Source of the DNA: Candidatus Accumulibacter cognatus
GTDB lineage: Bacteria > Pseudomonadota > Gammaproteobacteria > Burkholderiales > Rhodocyclaceae
NCBI GenBank assembly: GCA_013414765.1
Contig: CP058708.1
Span: 4,630,748-4,694,747, forward strand
Direction of reading: 5' to 3'
Length of the DNA stretch: 64,000 bases
The notes below the pieces were generated by a model. It had not been told where the DNA came from and searched no databases. It saw only the letters and a list, made by a program, of their open reading frames with translations. The position numbers and the translations under genes are program-made. Shown one piece after another: positions 23,219 through 32,522 of this stretch; within the stretch, counting starts at the first letter, position 1; each line of letters begins with the position of its first letter.

Positions 23219-23975
23219 TTAAGCATATGTTCTAGTAAAAAAATATCCAATTCCGTGAAATCGGCGCCTGCCTACGCGGCGTAGCTTGTCGGCTTTTTCC
23301 TTGAGCGGGAAGAACAGGCCGATGAACTCGAGGATTTGGGCCTGTTGATCTTCCGGGTGTGGCGAATGCGGGTGACGCTGACCGTTACGGCCGGTGCTGA
23401 AGAGATAGGTCAATCGTCCGAGCGCCACCAAGGCGTCGTCCGGAGTGATGGCGGCGGGGTCGTCTTCGGTGCTGCCGAAGGTCCGGTGTAGATCGGTTTC
23501 AAACCGCCGCGTGATCTTCATGGCGAGCATTGCCACGAAGGCATGCGCCTTGGTCCGCTCGGCCTTGCACGGGAAGGAAGATCGGGTGAGTTTTCAGGAA
23601 GGTGGTTTTCAGGGTACGGAAGTTGCGCTCGACTATTACAGGTTGAGCTTGCTTTCCACAGTGCTGCCCAGCACCCGCATGGTGCCCGCTTCGTCGCCAA
23701 CTGCTTAACCGTTGGCGATGAGGCTGCGCACTCGGGCAGGCAATCGCTCCCCTGGCGCGCATATCCGTTAAATAAAGGCACATTCCGAATGGAAGCGCTC
23801 GCCGCCTTTTGATGTCCGGGCGCCGGGTTTCGACATCGTGTGCGCGCAGCAGGTCTATGAACTGGCCGTCTGATGGCATGCGGCAAGCGCCCGGGGGCCT
23901 GGCCCGCTGGTGCCCGCGGGCGCATGGTTCAAAGCAGCGAGATTCTGTGCGCGCCTGCCGTTTCGGTGAGCACAA
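23219..23975 (-). pseudogene. IS5-family (IS427/IS1031-type) transposase remnant
   Basis: Frameshifted fragments PVIVERNFRTLKTTF / AHAFVAMLAMKITRR resemble the C-terminal VVERtFaWL...RRL region of IS5-group transposases; no intact ORF. Confidence 0.4.
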
Positions 23976-24954
23976 ACTCGACAGGCAGGAACTTGCCGAT
24001 CACTTCCACATTGGTCTGCAGATGCGAAGACACCCTCACCGTGGTGAAGGACCCGGCACCGGCGAGTGCCAGCGGCAGGACCAGCTGATCTGCCAGATGC
24101 TCGCCCACCACTGCAGTGCTGTCATGAAAATGCCGGGCGAGCTTCGCCACACGGTTGGCCACCACTTCAGCCGGCAAACCCTTTTCGCCAAAGGCAGTGA
24201 ACAGTTCGGTGATTTCTCTGTATTGCAGCTCAACCAGTAAAGCATTTCCTGGCCCCTCGCGCGAAGGCAGGGCACGCAGTTCCTGCTGCAATTCCCCCAG
24301 CACCCCGCCGAGCTGCAAGTCCAGTTCCGCCAGCTCGCGTTTGGCCACCTCAACGGGCACCCCCGCGACGATGGCCGTCGCCCGCGCTGCGCGCAGCTCG
24401 CCACGCTCCAGCAACTCGAAGGACTGCAGGGCCGAGACCGGACATACCCTGGCGTACAGCTCACCGCCGCCTGCCGGATAAAAGCCGTGGCGTAGCAGCT
24501 CGATGGCCATCTCCACACCCATGCGCAGGAGCAGCGGCAGCCAGCTACGGCTCAGAAAATCGAGTGGCGGTGCCGCTGGATTGTGGGTTCCGCCGCTGAT
24601 CCGCAGCGTGCTCGGTGCATCGGCGAACCACAGCGCCGGCAACAAGGTCTGCAGTACCAAGGTGCAGCTACCGGCCGTGCCAATGGCAAAGCGGTAGTCG
24701 TCACCGCGAATCTTGCCAGGGACAAAGCTCAGGGCTTGTGAACCCGGTGCCGCCCCCTGTACCTGTGCGCCGCAGATCTGCGCGGCGGCATTCACCGCCG
24801 TCAGATGCTGCCGCAACAAGCCAGGCTTGCTGCGCCTTGCACGAATTCGCTCGATGCGAAACGGTATTCCGGTAATCATCGACAAGGTCAGTGCGGTACG
24901 CAGAATTTGCCCGCCGCCTTCTCCGTGCGATCCGTCGAGTTCAATCATCTTCAT
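23929..24954 (-). CDS. rtcA: RNA 3'-terminal phosphate cyclase
   Basis: MIELDGSHGEGGGQILRTALTLSMITGIPFRIERIRARRSKPGL is the canonical RtcA N-terminus. Confidence 0.9.
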   Translation of the reverse strand: MKMIELDGSHGEGGGQILRTALTLSMITGIPFRIERIRARRSKPGLLRQHLTAVNAAAQICGAQVQGAAPGSQALSFVPGKIRGDDYRFAIGTAGSCTLVLQTLLPALWFADAPSTLRISGGTHNPAAPPLDFLSRSWLPLLLRMGVEMAIELLRHGFYPAGGGELYARVCPVSALQSFELLERGELRAARATAIVAGVPVEVAKRELAELDLQLGGVLGELQQELRALPSREGPGNALLVELQYREITELFTAFGEKGLPAEVVANRVAKLARHFHDSTAVVGEHLADQLVLPLALAGAGSFTTVRVSSHLQTNVEVIGKFLPVEFVLTETAGAHRISLL

Positions 24955-24982
24955 TCTTTCTTCTTGTTCCAGAAAGTAACTC

Positions 24983-26202
24983 TCAACCCTTGACGCACAC
25001 CACCTGGCGCAGAGTATGTACCACCTCCACGAGTTCGCGCTGCGCGTGCATCACCGCATCGATATCCTTGTAGGCCATCGGGATTTCATCGATCACATCG
25101 GCATCCTTCCGGCACTCGACGTGGGCGGTGGCGCGCTCCTGGTCGGCAACGGTGAAGCGGCGTCGGGCTTCGTTCCGGCTCATTGTTCGTCCGGCGCCGT
25201 GACTGCAGGAGCAAAACGATTCCTTGTTGCCCAGGCCGCGCACGATGAAACTCTTGGCGCCCATCGAACCCGGAATGATGCCGAGTTCGCCTTTCTGTGC
25301 CGAGACCGCCCCCTTGCGGGTGACCAATACTTCCGCACCAAAGTGAGTCTCGCGCTGGACGTAGTTGTGGTGGCAGTTTACGGCCTCGACGCTGGCGCCA
25401 AACGGTTTGGCAATCACGCCACGCGTAGCCGCAATGACGTTCTGCATCATCAGCAGACGATTTCGCCGCGCAAAATCCTGCGCCCAGCCGACAGCTTCGA
25501 CGTATTCGTTGAAGTGCTGGCTTCCCTCCTCAAAATAGGCGAGGTCACGATTCGGCAGATGGGAGATGTGCTGCTGCATATCCTTCTGTGCCAGTTTGAT
25601 GAAGTGGCTACCGATGGCATTACCGACGCCGCGCGAACCGGAATGCAGCATGAACCAGACGCGATCCGCTTCGTCGAGACAGACTTCGATGAAGTGGTTG
25701 CCGGTACCAAGCGTGCCGAGGTGCTTGTGGTTGTTGGTGTTCTTGAGACAAGGATGCCGGTCGGTGATGCGTGTAAAGCCTTCGATCAAACCAGCCCACA
25801 TGGCATCGACACTTGCCGGTGGCGTATCCCATGACCCTTCGTCGCGCCGGCCCCGGCCCATCGTTCGCCCGTGCGGCACGGCGCGCTCAATGGCCGTACG
25901 CAGCGCCAGCAGATTGTCCGGCAAATCGGTCGCCAGCAGCGTCGTGCACGCGGCCATCATGCCGCAGCCGATATCGACACCGACGGCAGCCGGGATGATC
26001 GCACCCTGCGTCGGGATGACGCTGCCGATCGTCGAACCCTTGCCCAGGTGTACATCTGGCATCACCGCCAGGTGCCGATAGATGAAGGGCATTCTGGCGG
26101 TGTCGATCAACTGCTTGCGGGCTTCGTCCTCAACCGGAACGTCTTGCGTCCACATCTTGATCGGTTTGCCGTTTTCGACTTCGAGGAGTTGATAGTCCAT
26201 TT
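24983..26202 (-). CDS. rtcB: RNA-splicing ligase RtcB
   Basis: RtcB signatures (NCHHNYV, GSMGAKS, SHGAGR); start at MDYQLLEV. Confidence 0.9.
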
Positions 26203-26213
26203 CCGTAATTCTT

Positions 26214-26615
26214 TCACTGATCGTCGGCGGCCTGCTTCTTCTGCAGGCCTTCCTGTTGCATACGGCGGGCCTGTGACTTGCGTTCGCGTTCCTTGATACG
26301 ACAAGGCCTGCATCGTACCGCGGTCGTTTCAACATTGCCCTGGGCAACTTCGTACCACCACTTTTGCTGCGTTGCGGTCCAGACGCACTCGACGCCGCAA
26401 TCCCTGCACCGGAAAGCAATGTCCACGTAATAACCGCGTTCGATGAACGCAGGCGCCCCGTAGCTGATGCGGCGAGCCAGGCGGGTCGTATCACACCACA
26501 CGATGCCCGAAGAGTAGACGTCAACCGACAGTGGCGAGGGGCTGCTCTGAATGCGCGTCGTACGCCGTAACCGGGCACTCTTGATTTCCAGCTTGCGCTG
26601 TTTTCCACTTTTCAT
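26214..26615 (-). CDS. C4 zinc-ribbon protein with lysine/arginine-rich tails (Rtc-operon associated)
   Basis: 133 aa; CRDCGVEC...x21...CRPC zinc-ribbon spacing; basic N- and C-termini suggest nucleic-acid binding; 11 nt upstream of rtcB. Confidence 0.55.
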   Translation of the reverse strand: MKSGKQRKLEIKSARLRRTTRIQSSPSPLSVDVYSSGIVWCDTTRLARRISYGAPAFIERGYYVDIAFRCRDCGVECVWTATQQKWWYEVAQGNVETTAVRCRPCRIKERERKSQARRMQQEGLQKKQAADDQ

Positions 26616-26699
26616 GATTTCACCTACACTTTCTGATTACCGCATTTTCAGGTTTTCACCGCTCGCTCTCTCCCTACATCGCACGAGAGGGTAAGCGAC

Positions 26700-27845
26700 T
26701 CACGCGCCCTTGATGTTCACCAGTCCGCTCAACACCTGATCCAGGCCACCAAACACCGAAATGCGGTCGATTCGTTCCGCCACACGTTCCAGGGTTTCCA
26801 GCTCCTTCAGACGCAGCGCGACCGGGTTTCCTTCCATCACTTTCGCGGTATTGAGCAGCGAACGTGTTGCCGCGGTTTCCTCACGGCGACGAATGACGTT
26901 CGCCTCAGCCAGCTTTCCGGCTTCGACCACCTTGGCAAGAATGGTCTTCATTTCGCCGGGCAGAACGATGTCCTTGACGCCGATGCTGCTCACCTCGATC
27001 CCGAAGCCGTTCAGCTTGCGCGCCACGTGCGCGCTGACTGCTTCGTCGATGATCTGCTTGTTTTCCAGCAGCTCGTCGAGCGATCGTGTTCCCACCGCGG
27101 CCCGCAAGCCGAACTGCAGTTCTCGATACAGGTGTTCGACTGGCTTTGCCAGCTTTTCGTGCGCCAGCAGCACGTCGGTATAGCGCCAGGTAGCCGCAAG
27201 GTTGAGGCGCAGGCCGACCTTGTCGCTGCTCAGAATTTCCTGGCCCGACACTTCCATGTTCTGCAGACGCATATCGACGAGTTCAACCAGCACTTCGCGG
27301 TTGAAGCGCCAGAATACCTCGACGCCGGGTGACATCAATCGCTGCACCTTGCCGTCGACGCGCAGAATGCCGACGTGGTAGGCAGGCACCTGCGCGATTA
27401 GCAGGCCGGCCAGGCCGCTCACCGCGTGCGCCCGCAGGCTCGGCTGCAGGAAGTGCGCTGCCAGTTGCGGTCCGACTTCATAGCCTTGCTGCAGATCGAC
27501 TTTTTCCAGTCTATGCTCGGCCAGGCCCTTCCAGAAAATGCGTCGTGACCCAGGCGCCAGCACTTCGACCAGGATCTTGTTCTCATAGCGCAATCCTGCC
27601 TCGTCCTCACCCAGTTCCATGCAGACGAAATGTTCCGCAACGGTCTGCGGCTGATGCTGAAGCAGGTAGTCGACCAGCGTGATGTCGCGCATGGGAGCGT
27701 CGAGCTTCCAGCTCTGGACCGAGAGCCGGTTCACAGGGTCGAAGAAGTAGTAACGGCCAGCGCTGAGAATGCGTTCGAAATCACCTTCCTTGAACAAGGC
27801 AGCCCGTTCACTCTTCAACACGACGAAACGCTTCAACATGTTCAT
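26700..27845 (-). CDS. SPFH/band-7 (slipin-like) domain protein
   Basis: 381 aa; band-7 core (IAQVPAYHVGILRVDGKV...NMEVSGQEILSSDKVGLRLNL...) plus C-terminal coiled-coil; first ORF downstream of the sigma54 promoter. Confidence 0.85.
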   Translation of the reverse strand: MNMLKRFVVLKSERAALFKEGDFERILSAGRYYFFDPVNRLSVQSWKLDAPMRDITLVDYLLQHQPQTVAEHFVCMELGEDEAGLRYENKILVEVLAPGSRRIFWKGLAEHRLEKVDLQQGYEVGPQLAAHFLQPSLRAHAVSGLAGLLIAQVPAYHVGILRVDGKVQRLMSPGVEVFWRFNREVLVELVDMRLQNMEVSGQEILSSDKVGLRLNLAATWRYTDVLLAHEKLAKPVEHLYRELQFGLRAAVGTRSLDELLENKQIIDEAVSAHVARKLNGFGIEVSSIGVKDIVLPGEMKTILAKVVEAGKLAEANVIRRREETAATRSLLNTAKVMEGNPVALRLKELETLERVAERIDRISVFGGLDQVLSGLVNIKGA

Positions 27846-28106
27846 TCTCCTTTGCTGTTGTTCTGTTGCCGGTCAATGCCGGTCCGCTGGGCCGATTGCC
27901 CGGCACTCGCGGGGAAGCGAGTGGCTGCCTGCCGGAGTCAGCGCTTCTCCCTTGGTGCCGAGGCACGCGGGGGAGGGCTGACATTCCTGCTTCGTCGCCT
28001 GCTCACCGTGCCGCCAGTGCGGGACAGTCGCCGACCGGACCGGCAGCGGGAGCTTGCGCATCCCGCGACCGACGGGTACTGCTAGCTTACGCTGTCGTGG
28101 AAAGAC

Positions 28107-28180
28107 AGTTTGGAGCGGGAATCGAACCCGCGACACACTGAGGATGAGTCAGTTGCTCTAACCGATTGAGCTATCCAATG
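28107..28180 (-). ncRNA. tRNA-like element (tRNA-Met CAU-like D-, anticodon- and T-arms, imperfect acceptor stem)
   Basis: Minus strand reads CATTGGA-TA-GCTCAATCGGTTAGAGC-A-ACTGA-CTCATCC-TCAGT-GTGTC-GCGGGTTCGATTCCCGC-TCCAAAC-T. The D-arm is near-identical to tRNA-Met; the anticodon loop carries CAT but pyrimidines at 37 and 38; two mismatches (1-72, 2-71) in the acceptor stem. Confidence 0.5.
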
Positions 28181-28181
28181 G

Positions 28182-28227
28182 GGGCGACCCGGGAATCGAA
28201 CCCGACGAGCTCCCGACGAGATCGCCC
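28182..28227 (-). ncRNA. Mini tRNA-like hairpin (acceptor-like stem enclosing a T-arm)
   Basis: GGGCGAT...TCGGGTTCGATTCCCGG-GTCGCCC-CCA: a 7-bp stem (GGGCGAT/GTCGCCC) closing a canonical T-stem-loop (TTCGATT), immediately 5' of the tRNA-like element on the same strand. Confidence 0.35.
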
Positions 28228-28351
28228 GTTATCGCCTTCCCGCTGTGGCGGCATGCACAGAAACGACAGACCGGAATCCGGTCTCTGCGCACCGGCGGGG
28301 TTTTGATCCCCTGCCCGTGGGCGTGCAGCGATGTTGCGACAGCTCTTCCAC

Positions 28352-28368
28352 AGCGAAATTCGTGCCAA
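28352..28368 (-). promoter_or_regulatory. sigma54 (-24/-12) promoter driving the tRNA-like elements, SPFH gene, zinc-ribbon gene, rtcB and rtcA
   Basis: Minus strand TGGCAC-GAATT-TCGCT against the consensus TGGCAC-N5-TTGCW; GG-N10-GC spacing is correct; divergent from rtcR, which encodes the cognate sigma54 activator. Confidence 0.55.
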
Positions 28369-28506
28369 CCTCTCGGAGAACCGCGGCATTGCATTCAAGC
28401 CATTGATCTGGCGAGATCTCCAGGATATTTGCGGCTTCCGTGAAAACAGGAGTGGGCGGCTTTTATTAGAATATAGAATCGATATTTATCTTTAAGGATA
28501 GTCAAC

Positions 28507-30096
28507 ATGAAGAGGAGCGTCGTCATCGGTTTTCTCGGTACGCAACTCGATTACGGTGGCAAGGGTAGCGCACGATGGGAGAAGTGGCGGCCGACGGTCG
28601 CCCTCTGCCAGCAGGAGGAGCTGATCGTTCATCGTCTGGAGTTGCTGCATGATGCACGCAGCCGCGGGCTGGCCGAGAGTGTGCAGGCGGACATCCAGTC
28701 GATATCGCCCGAAACCGAAGTCTGCCGCGTCGAGATCGAGCTGCGCGACCCCTGGGATTTCGAGGAAGTCTACACGACGCTGCACGACTTCGCGCGCGCT
28801 TACCCGTTCGACCCCGAGAACGAGGATTACCTGCTGCACATCACGACAGGAACCCATGTCGCACAGATCTGCTGGTTCCTGCTGGCCGAAGCGCGCTATT
28901 TGCCGGCCCGACTCCTGCAGACCTCACCGGCACGCAAGAAGGAGGTGGCGAATACTGCCGGAAGCTACGAGATCATCGATCTGGACCTGTCGCGCTACAA
29001 CAAGATTGCGCAGCGCTTTCAGCGCGAGCGCGCCGACACGGTGAGCTTCCTGAAATCCGGGATTGCCACGCGCAACGCCAGTTTCAACCGCATGATCGAG
29101 CAGATCGAACGGGTAGCGGGGCGCTCGAAGTCGCCAATGCTGCTGATCGGCCCCACCGGTGCGGGCAAATCGTTTCTCGCCCGCCGGGTGTACGAACTCA
29201 AGCGACAGAAGCAGCGTCTGGCCGGACGTTTCATCGAGGTGAACTGCGCGACCTTGCGCGGCGATTCGGCCATGTCCAGCCTTTTCGGCCACGTCAAGGG
29301 AGCCTTCACGGGGGCGCAAAATGAACGCCCCGGGCTCCTTCGAGCGGCCGATGGCGGATTGCTGTTTCTAGACGAAATCGGCGAACTCGGACTGGACGAG
29401 CAGGCAATGCTACTCAAGGCGATCGAGGAAAAGCGCTTCTTCCCCTTCGGTGGCGACCAGGAAGTAACGAGCGACTTCCAGCTCATCGCCGGCACCCATC
29501 GCGACCTGCGCCATTGGGTTGCCGAGGGGCATTTCCGCGAAGACCTGTATGCGCGCATCAACCTGTGGACCTTCGACCTGCCCGGCCTGGCTCAACGGCC
29601 CGAGGACATCGAGCCCAATCTCGATTACGAGCTGGAACGTTATGCGCGTGACCATGATCAGCTCGTGCGCTTCAACGTCGAAGCCCGCCGCCGCTATCTG
29701 GCCTTTGCCAGCTCGGCGGACGCTGTCTGGAGCGGCAATTTCCGTGAACTCTCGGCATCGGTCACGCGCATGGCGACTCTGGCCGAAGCGGGACGGATCA
29801 CCGAGGCGCTGGTTATCGAGGAGATCGAGCGGCTTGGCCACAGCTGGGTCAGCCGCCGGCCGGCCGATGCGGTCGCTGCTATCCTGGGCGAACAGGCCGA
29901 GCAACTCGACCTCTTCGATCGCTGCCAGCTTAACGCGGTGATCGCTGTTTGCCGGCAAGCGGCAAGCCTTTCGGATGCCGGTCGACAGCTTTTCGCCGTA
30001 TCCCGCTTGGACAAGAAAACGGCCAACGACGCTGACCGGCTGCGCAAATACCTGTCACGCTTCGGCCTCGACTGGACGGCCGTAAATCACCAATGA
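28507..30096 (+). CDS. rtcR: sigma54-dependent transcriptional regulator RtcR (CARF domain + AAA+ + HTH)
   Basis: 529 aa; N-terminal CARF-like domain, central sigma54-interaction AAA+ (LLIGPTGAGKS...GAFTGA...GGLLFLDEIGEL), C-terminal HTH; divergent from the rtcBA operon. Confidence 0.9.
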   Translation: MKRSVVIGFLGTQLDYGGKGSARWEKWRPTVALCQQEELIVHRLELLHDARSRGLAESVQADIQSISPETEVCRVEIELRDPWDFEEVYTTLHDFARAYPFDPENEDYLLHITTGTHVAQICWFLLAEARYLPARLLQTSPARKKEVANTAGSYEIIDLDLSRYNKIAQRFQRERADTVSFLKSGIATRNASFNRMIEQIERVAGRSKSPMLLIGPTGAGKSFLARRVYELKRQKQRLAGRFIEVNCATLRGDSAMSSLFGHVKGAFTGAQNERPGLLRAADGGLLFLDEIGELGLDEQAMLLKAIEEKRFFPFGGDQEVTSDFQLIAGTHRDLRHWVAEGHFREDLYARINLWTFDLPGLAQRPEDIEPNLDYELERYARDHDQLVRFNVEARRRYLAFASSADAVWSGNFRELSASVTRMATLAEAGRITEALVIEEIERLGHSWVSRRPADAVAAILGEQAEQLDLFDRCQLNAVIAVCRQAASLSDAGRQLFAVSRLDKKTANDADRLRKYLSRFGLDWTAVNHQ

Positions 30097-30111
30097 TCTC
30101 GGCGGACTCTT

Positions 30112-32040
30112 TCACGCCTGGCGCTGACCATTGGTGCAGGCGGTGCAGAGAGACTTGCCGTTGGCGAACAGGCAAACCCGGTCCCGACCGGCTTTCTTGG
30201 CGGCGTAGAGGGCTTTGTCTGCAGCCCGGAGCAGGTCATCCTCATTGTCCATGCCGTTCTCCCGGTTGGCTACGCCGATGCTCACCGAGATCTTGATCTC
30301 CGTACCAGCGATGTGGATCTGCATCGCCTTGACCATCCGCCGTAGACGCTCGGCAGCCAGCAGGGCCGCTCGGGGGTCGGCATCGTGACAGACCACCAGG
30401 AACTCCTCCCCGCCGATCCGGCTGACACTATCGTCCTTGCGGGCTGCAGACTGGATGGCCTTGGCCACCTCCCGCAAGACCCGATCACCCATCGCGTGAC
30501 CATATCGGTCATTGATGGACTTGAAGAAATCAACATCGATCATGAGGGCTGCCACCGGTTGGCCCGTGCGCTGGGAGGCACTCCAGAAGCGGCTCAGCAA
30601 CTCCATGCCGGCCCTTCGATTGGGTAGCTCGGTCAGCGGGTCGGTCATCGCGGCATGTTCCAGCCGCCGGTTACTGATCGCCAGCTCTGCCGTAAACTGC
30701 TTGAGCTGTGTCCGATCCTTCTCCCAGGCCTCGAGCAGCTTCACGTAATGCAGGGCCGCCCTCATTCGGGCGCTCAAGGCTCGGACATGCACCGGTTTGG
30801 TCACGTAATCGTCGACCCCCGCTTCGAAAGCCTCGATGATCTTGCTTTCGTTCTCTTCGCCGGTCAGCATGATCACATACATGGACTGTCCCCATTCGGT
30901 GGCACGCAGGGCGCGGCAGAACTCGACCCCGTCCATGACCGGCATGTGCCAGTCGGTGATGACGATCTGGGGCATGACTTCCAGAGCCAGGGCCAGACCA
31001 TCCTCGCCATTTTCGGCGGTGTGGACCCGGCAACCGAGAAGGTGGCTCAGCAAACCCTCCGTCATCATCAGGGTCGTGGGGTCGTCCTCTACCAGCAAGA
31101 CCCGCTTACGGCTGTGCTCCGTCTTTGATTCCTGCTCCGGGCGGGGAACCGGAGCATTGGCCATGGCGCTAAACGCAGGGAGCTGGGCGGTAGGCACCTT
31201 CAGCAGATCGGTCCATGCTTGCCACTGGTGAACCACACGGTCGAATACTTCGCCCATGGCCGTCACATCCAGACCGGCCTTGCCACCCAGCAGCATCAGC
31301 TCGACAATGTTGCCATGGCGCTCCGACTCGGGTGAGCGACCGAGGTCCGCCATTCGTCGTGCCTGGAAGAACAGATGGGTCAACTGATCAGGCCGGGAAC
31401 CCTCGGAAAAGCCGGAGGTCTGCGGAAACTCGTGGTAATAGACAGGCTCGGCAAGGGCTTTAGGAATGCCGCAATCAGCGAGGATGGCGGTAGTGAATTC
31501 GGTGTGATCTGCTCCAAGACGCCTGCGCTCCAGTTCCAGGAGTACTGCACCATGGCTCTGCTCGGCCAGTACCGTCGCATAGTCGGCGGGGTAGAGGGTG
31601 GCCAGCGCCAGACGGCCGATCTGCGCCAACAGACCACAGGCAAACAGTTCGTCAGGTGAAGCAAGCCGTACCATCCGGCCCAACTCCTGGCTGGCCACCG
31701 CCATGAACAGGGAGTGGGACCAGAAAGCCGGATAATCAAAGGCGGCGCACTGTCCCTGCAGATACTGGTCGACCAGAGAAAAGCCCATGGCCAGTTGGCG
31801 GACGGTCGTCATGCCCAGGCGCATCACGGTTTCCCTGACCGAGACCAAGGGCCGAGTACCAGCCGATGAAGCATTGGCGAGACGCAACAGGCGGCTGGAG
31901 AGCGCAGGGTCGCCCTGAACTACCCGGGCCACCTCGTCAATAGTCGCATCCTCGCGCCTACAGATCTCCATGATCGCCAACGCCACCCCTTTCGGGCTGG
32001 GAAGTTGGCCGCTGATCCGCAATTGTTCGATCTTGCTCAT
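30112..32040 (-). CDS. HDOD-REC-GGDEF response regulator/diguanylate cyclase
   Basis: N-terminal HDOD domain, receiver domain (RVLLVEDDP...ITDWHMP), GGDEF domain with a GGEEF active site and RxxD I-site; start taken at MSKIEQL rather than the extended 6-frame ORF. Confidence 0.85.
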   Translation of the reverse strand: MSKIEQLRISGQLPSPKGVALAIMEICRREDATIDEVARVVQGDPALSSRLLRLANASSAGTRPLVSVRETVMRLGMTTVRQLAMGFSLVDQYLQGQCAAFDYPAFWSHSLFMAVASQELGRMVRLASPDELFACGLLAQIGRLALATLYPADYATVLAEQSHGAVLLELERRRLGADHTEFTTAILADCGIPKALAEPVYYHEFPQTSGFSEGSRPDQLTHLFFQARRMADLGRSPESERHGNIVELMLLGGKAGLDVTAMGEVFDRVVHQWQAWTDLLKVPTAQLPAFSAMANAPVPRPEQESKTEHSRKRVLLVEDDPTTLMMTEGLLSHLLGCRVHTAENGEDGLALALEVMPQIVITDWHMPVMDGVEFCRALRATEWGQSMYVIMLTGEENESKIIEAFEAGVDDYVTKPVHVRALSARMRAALHYVKLLEAWEKDRTQLKQFTAELAISNRRLEHAAMTDPLTELPNRRAGMELLSRFWSASQRTGQPVAALMIDVDFFKSINDRYGHAMGDRVLREVAKAIQSAARKDDSVSRIGGEEFLVVCHDADPRAALLAAERLRRMVKAMQIHIAGTEIKISVSIGVANRENGMDNEDDLLRAADKALYAAKKAGRDRVCLFANGKSLCTACTNGQRQA

Positions 32041-32153
32041 GTGTTCCTGCTGATGGTGGCTGGTTTCTCGTTCCCGAGCAGCATGTAGTCTATCAGCCTT
32101 GCCGTGCAAGGAATCGATTTCAGGCAGCGAATGGCCTGTGCATGGGTTCCGGG

Positions 32154-32522
32154 TCATGCGGGGAGATAGGCATCTTCTTCCCGGATGCTGGTCGGATCGC
32201 TTGCTCCCTGAAGGTCTGCCGCGAGCAGGCCAGGGGGTTGCGCGGGCCCGCTTGCGGTCGGGTCGGTGTCGGCGGCCGTGTCGAGGAAGCTTCTGATGGC
32301 CTCTGCAAGTCGCCACCGGTGCAAGGCCAGCGAGGCCCCGACCTGGCGACGGGCTGCAACGCGGTCGCCGATGGCGAGCGAACAGAGCGCCTGTTCGAGC
32401 AGGCGCGCCGCTTGCCCGATCGCCTGCCGGACGAGCGAAAAATCGCAGCCGCAACGCGGACAGACGGCCGCTTCGGCCAGGCGCGCCCGACACGCCGGAC
32501 AGCGATCGAGCAGTTCAGACAT
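32154..32522 (-). CDS. C4 zinc-ribbon protein, translationally coupled to the upstream Hsp70
   Basis: CPACRARLAEAAVCPRCGC (CxxC-x9-CxxC) followed by a ~100-aa Ala/Arg-rich tail; ATGTCTGA start/stop overlap with the Hsp70 gene. Confidence 0.55.
   Translation of the reverse strand: MSELLDRCPACRARLAEAAVCPRCGCDFSLVRQAIGQAARLLEQALCSLAIGDRVAARRQVGASLALHRWRLAEAIRSFLDTAADTDPTASGPAQPPGLLAADLQGASDPTSIREEDAYLPA

Noticed and set aside
25016-26081. Plus-strand ORFs (272 aa, 171 aa, 141 aa) opposite rtcB
   Set aside because: Antisense to RtcB, which has unmistakable catalytic motifs.
28107-28180. Calling this a bona fide tRNA-Met (CAU) gene
   Set aside because: Acceptor-stem pairs 1-72 and 2-71 are mismatched (CA versus AC), positions 37 and 38 of the anticodon loop are pyrimidines, and CCA is not encoded. 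It is reported instead as a tRNA-like element, pending tRNAscan-SE.
28182-28227. A duplicated tRNA 3' end acting as an integrase attachment-site (att) repeat
   Set aside because: Its sequence (GCTCGTCGGGTTCGATTCCCGGGTCGCCC) differs from the 3' end of the adjacent tRNA-like element (GTGTCGCGGGTTCGATTCCCGCTCCAAAC), and no integrase gene is nearby. So it is not a simple att duplicate.
30112-32493. Full 793-aa extent of the HDOD-REC-GGDEF ORF
   Set aside because: The first ~150 aa (Arg/Pro/Gly-rich) precede the first plausible Met of the HDOD domain and overlap the upstream zinc-ribbon gene. The start was moved to MSKIEQL at 32040.
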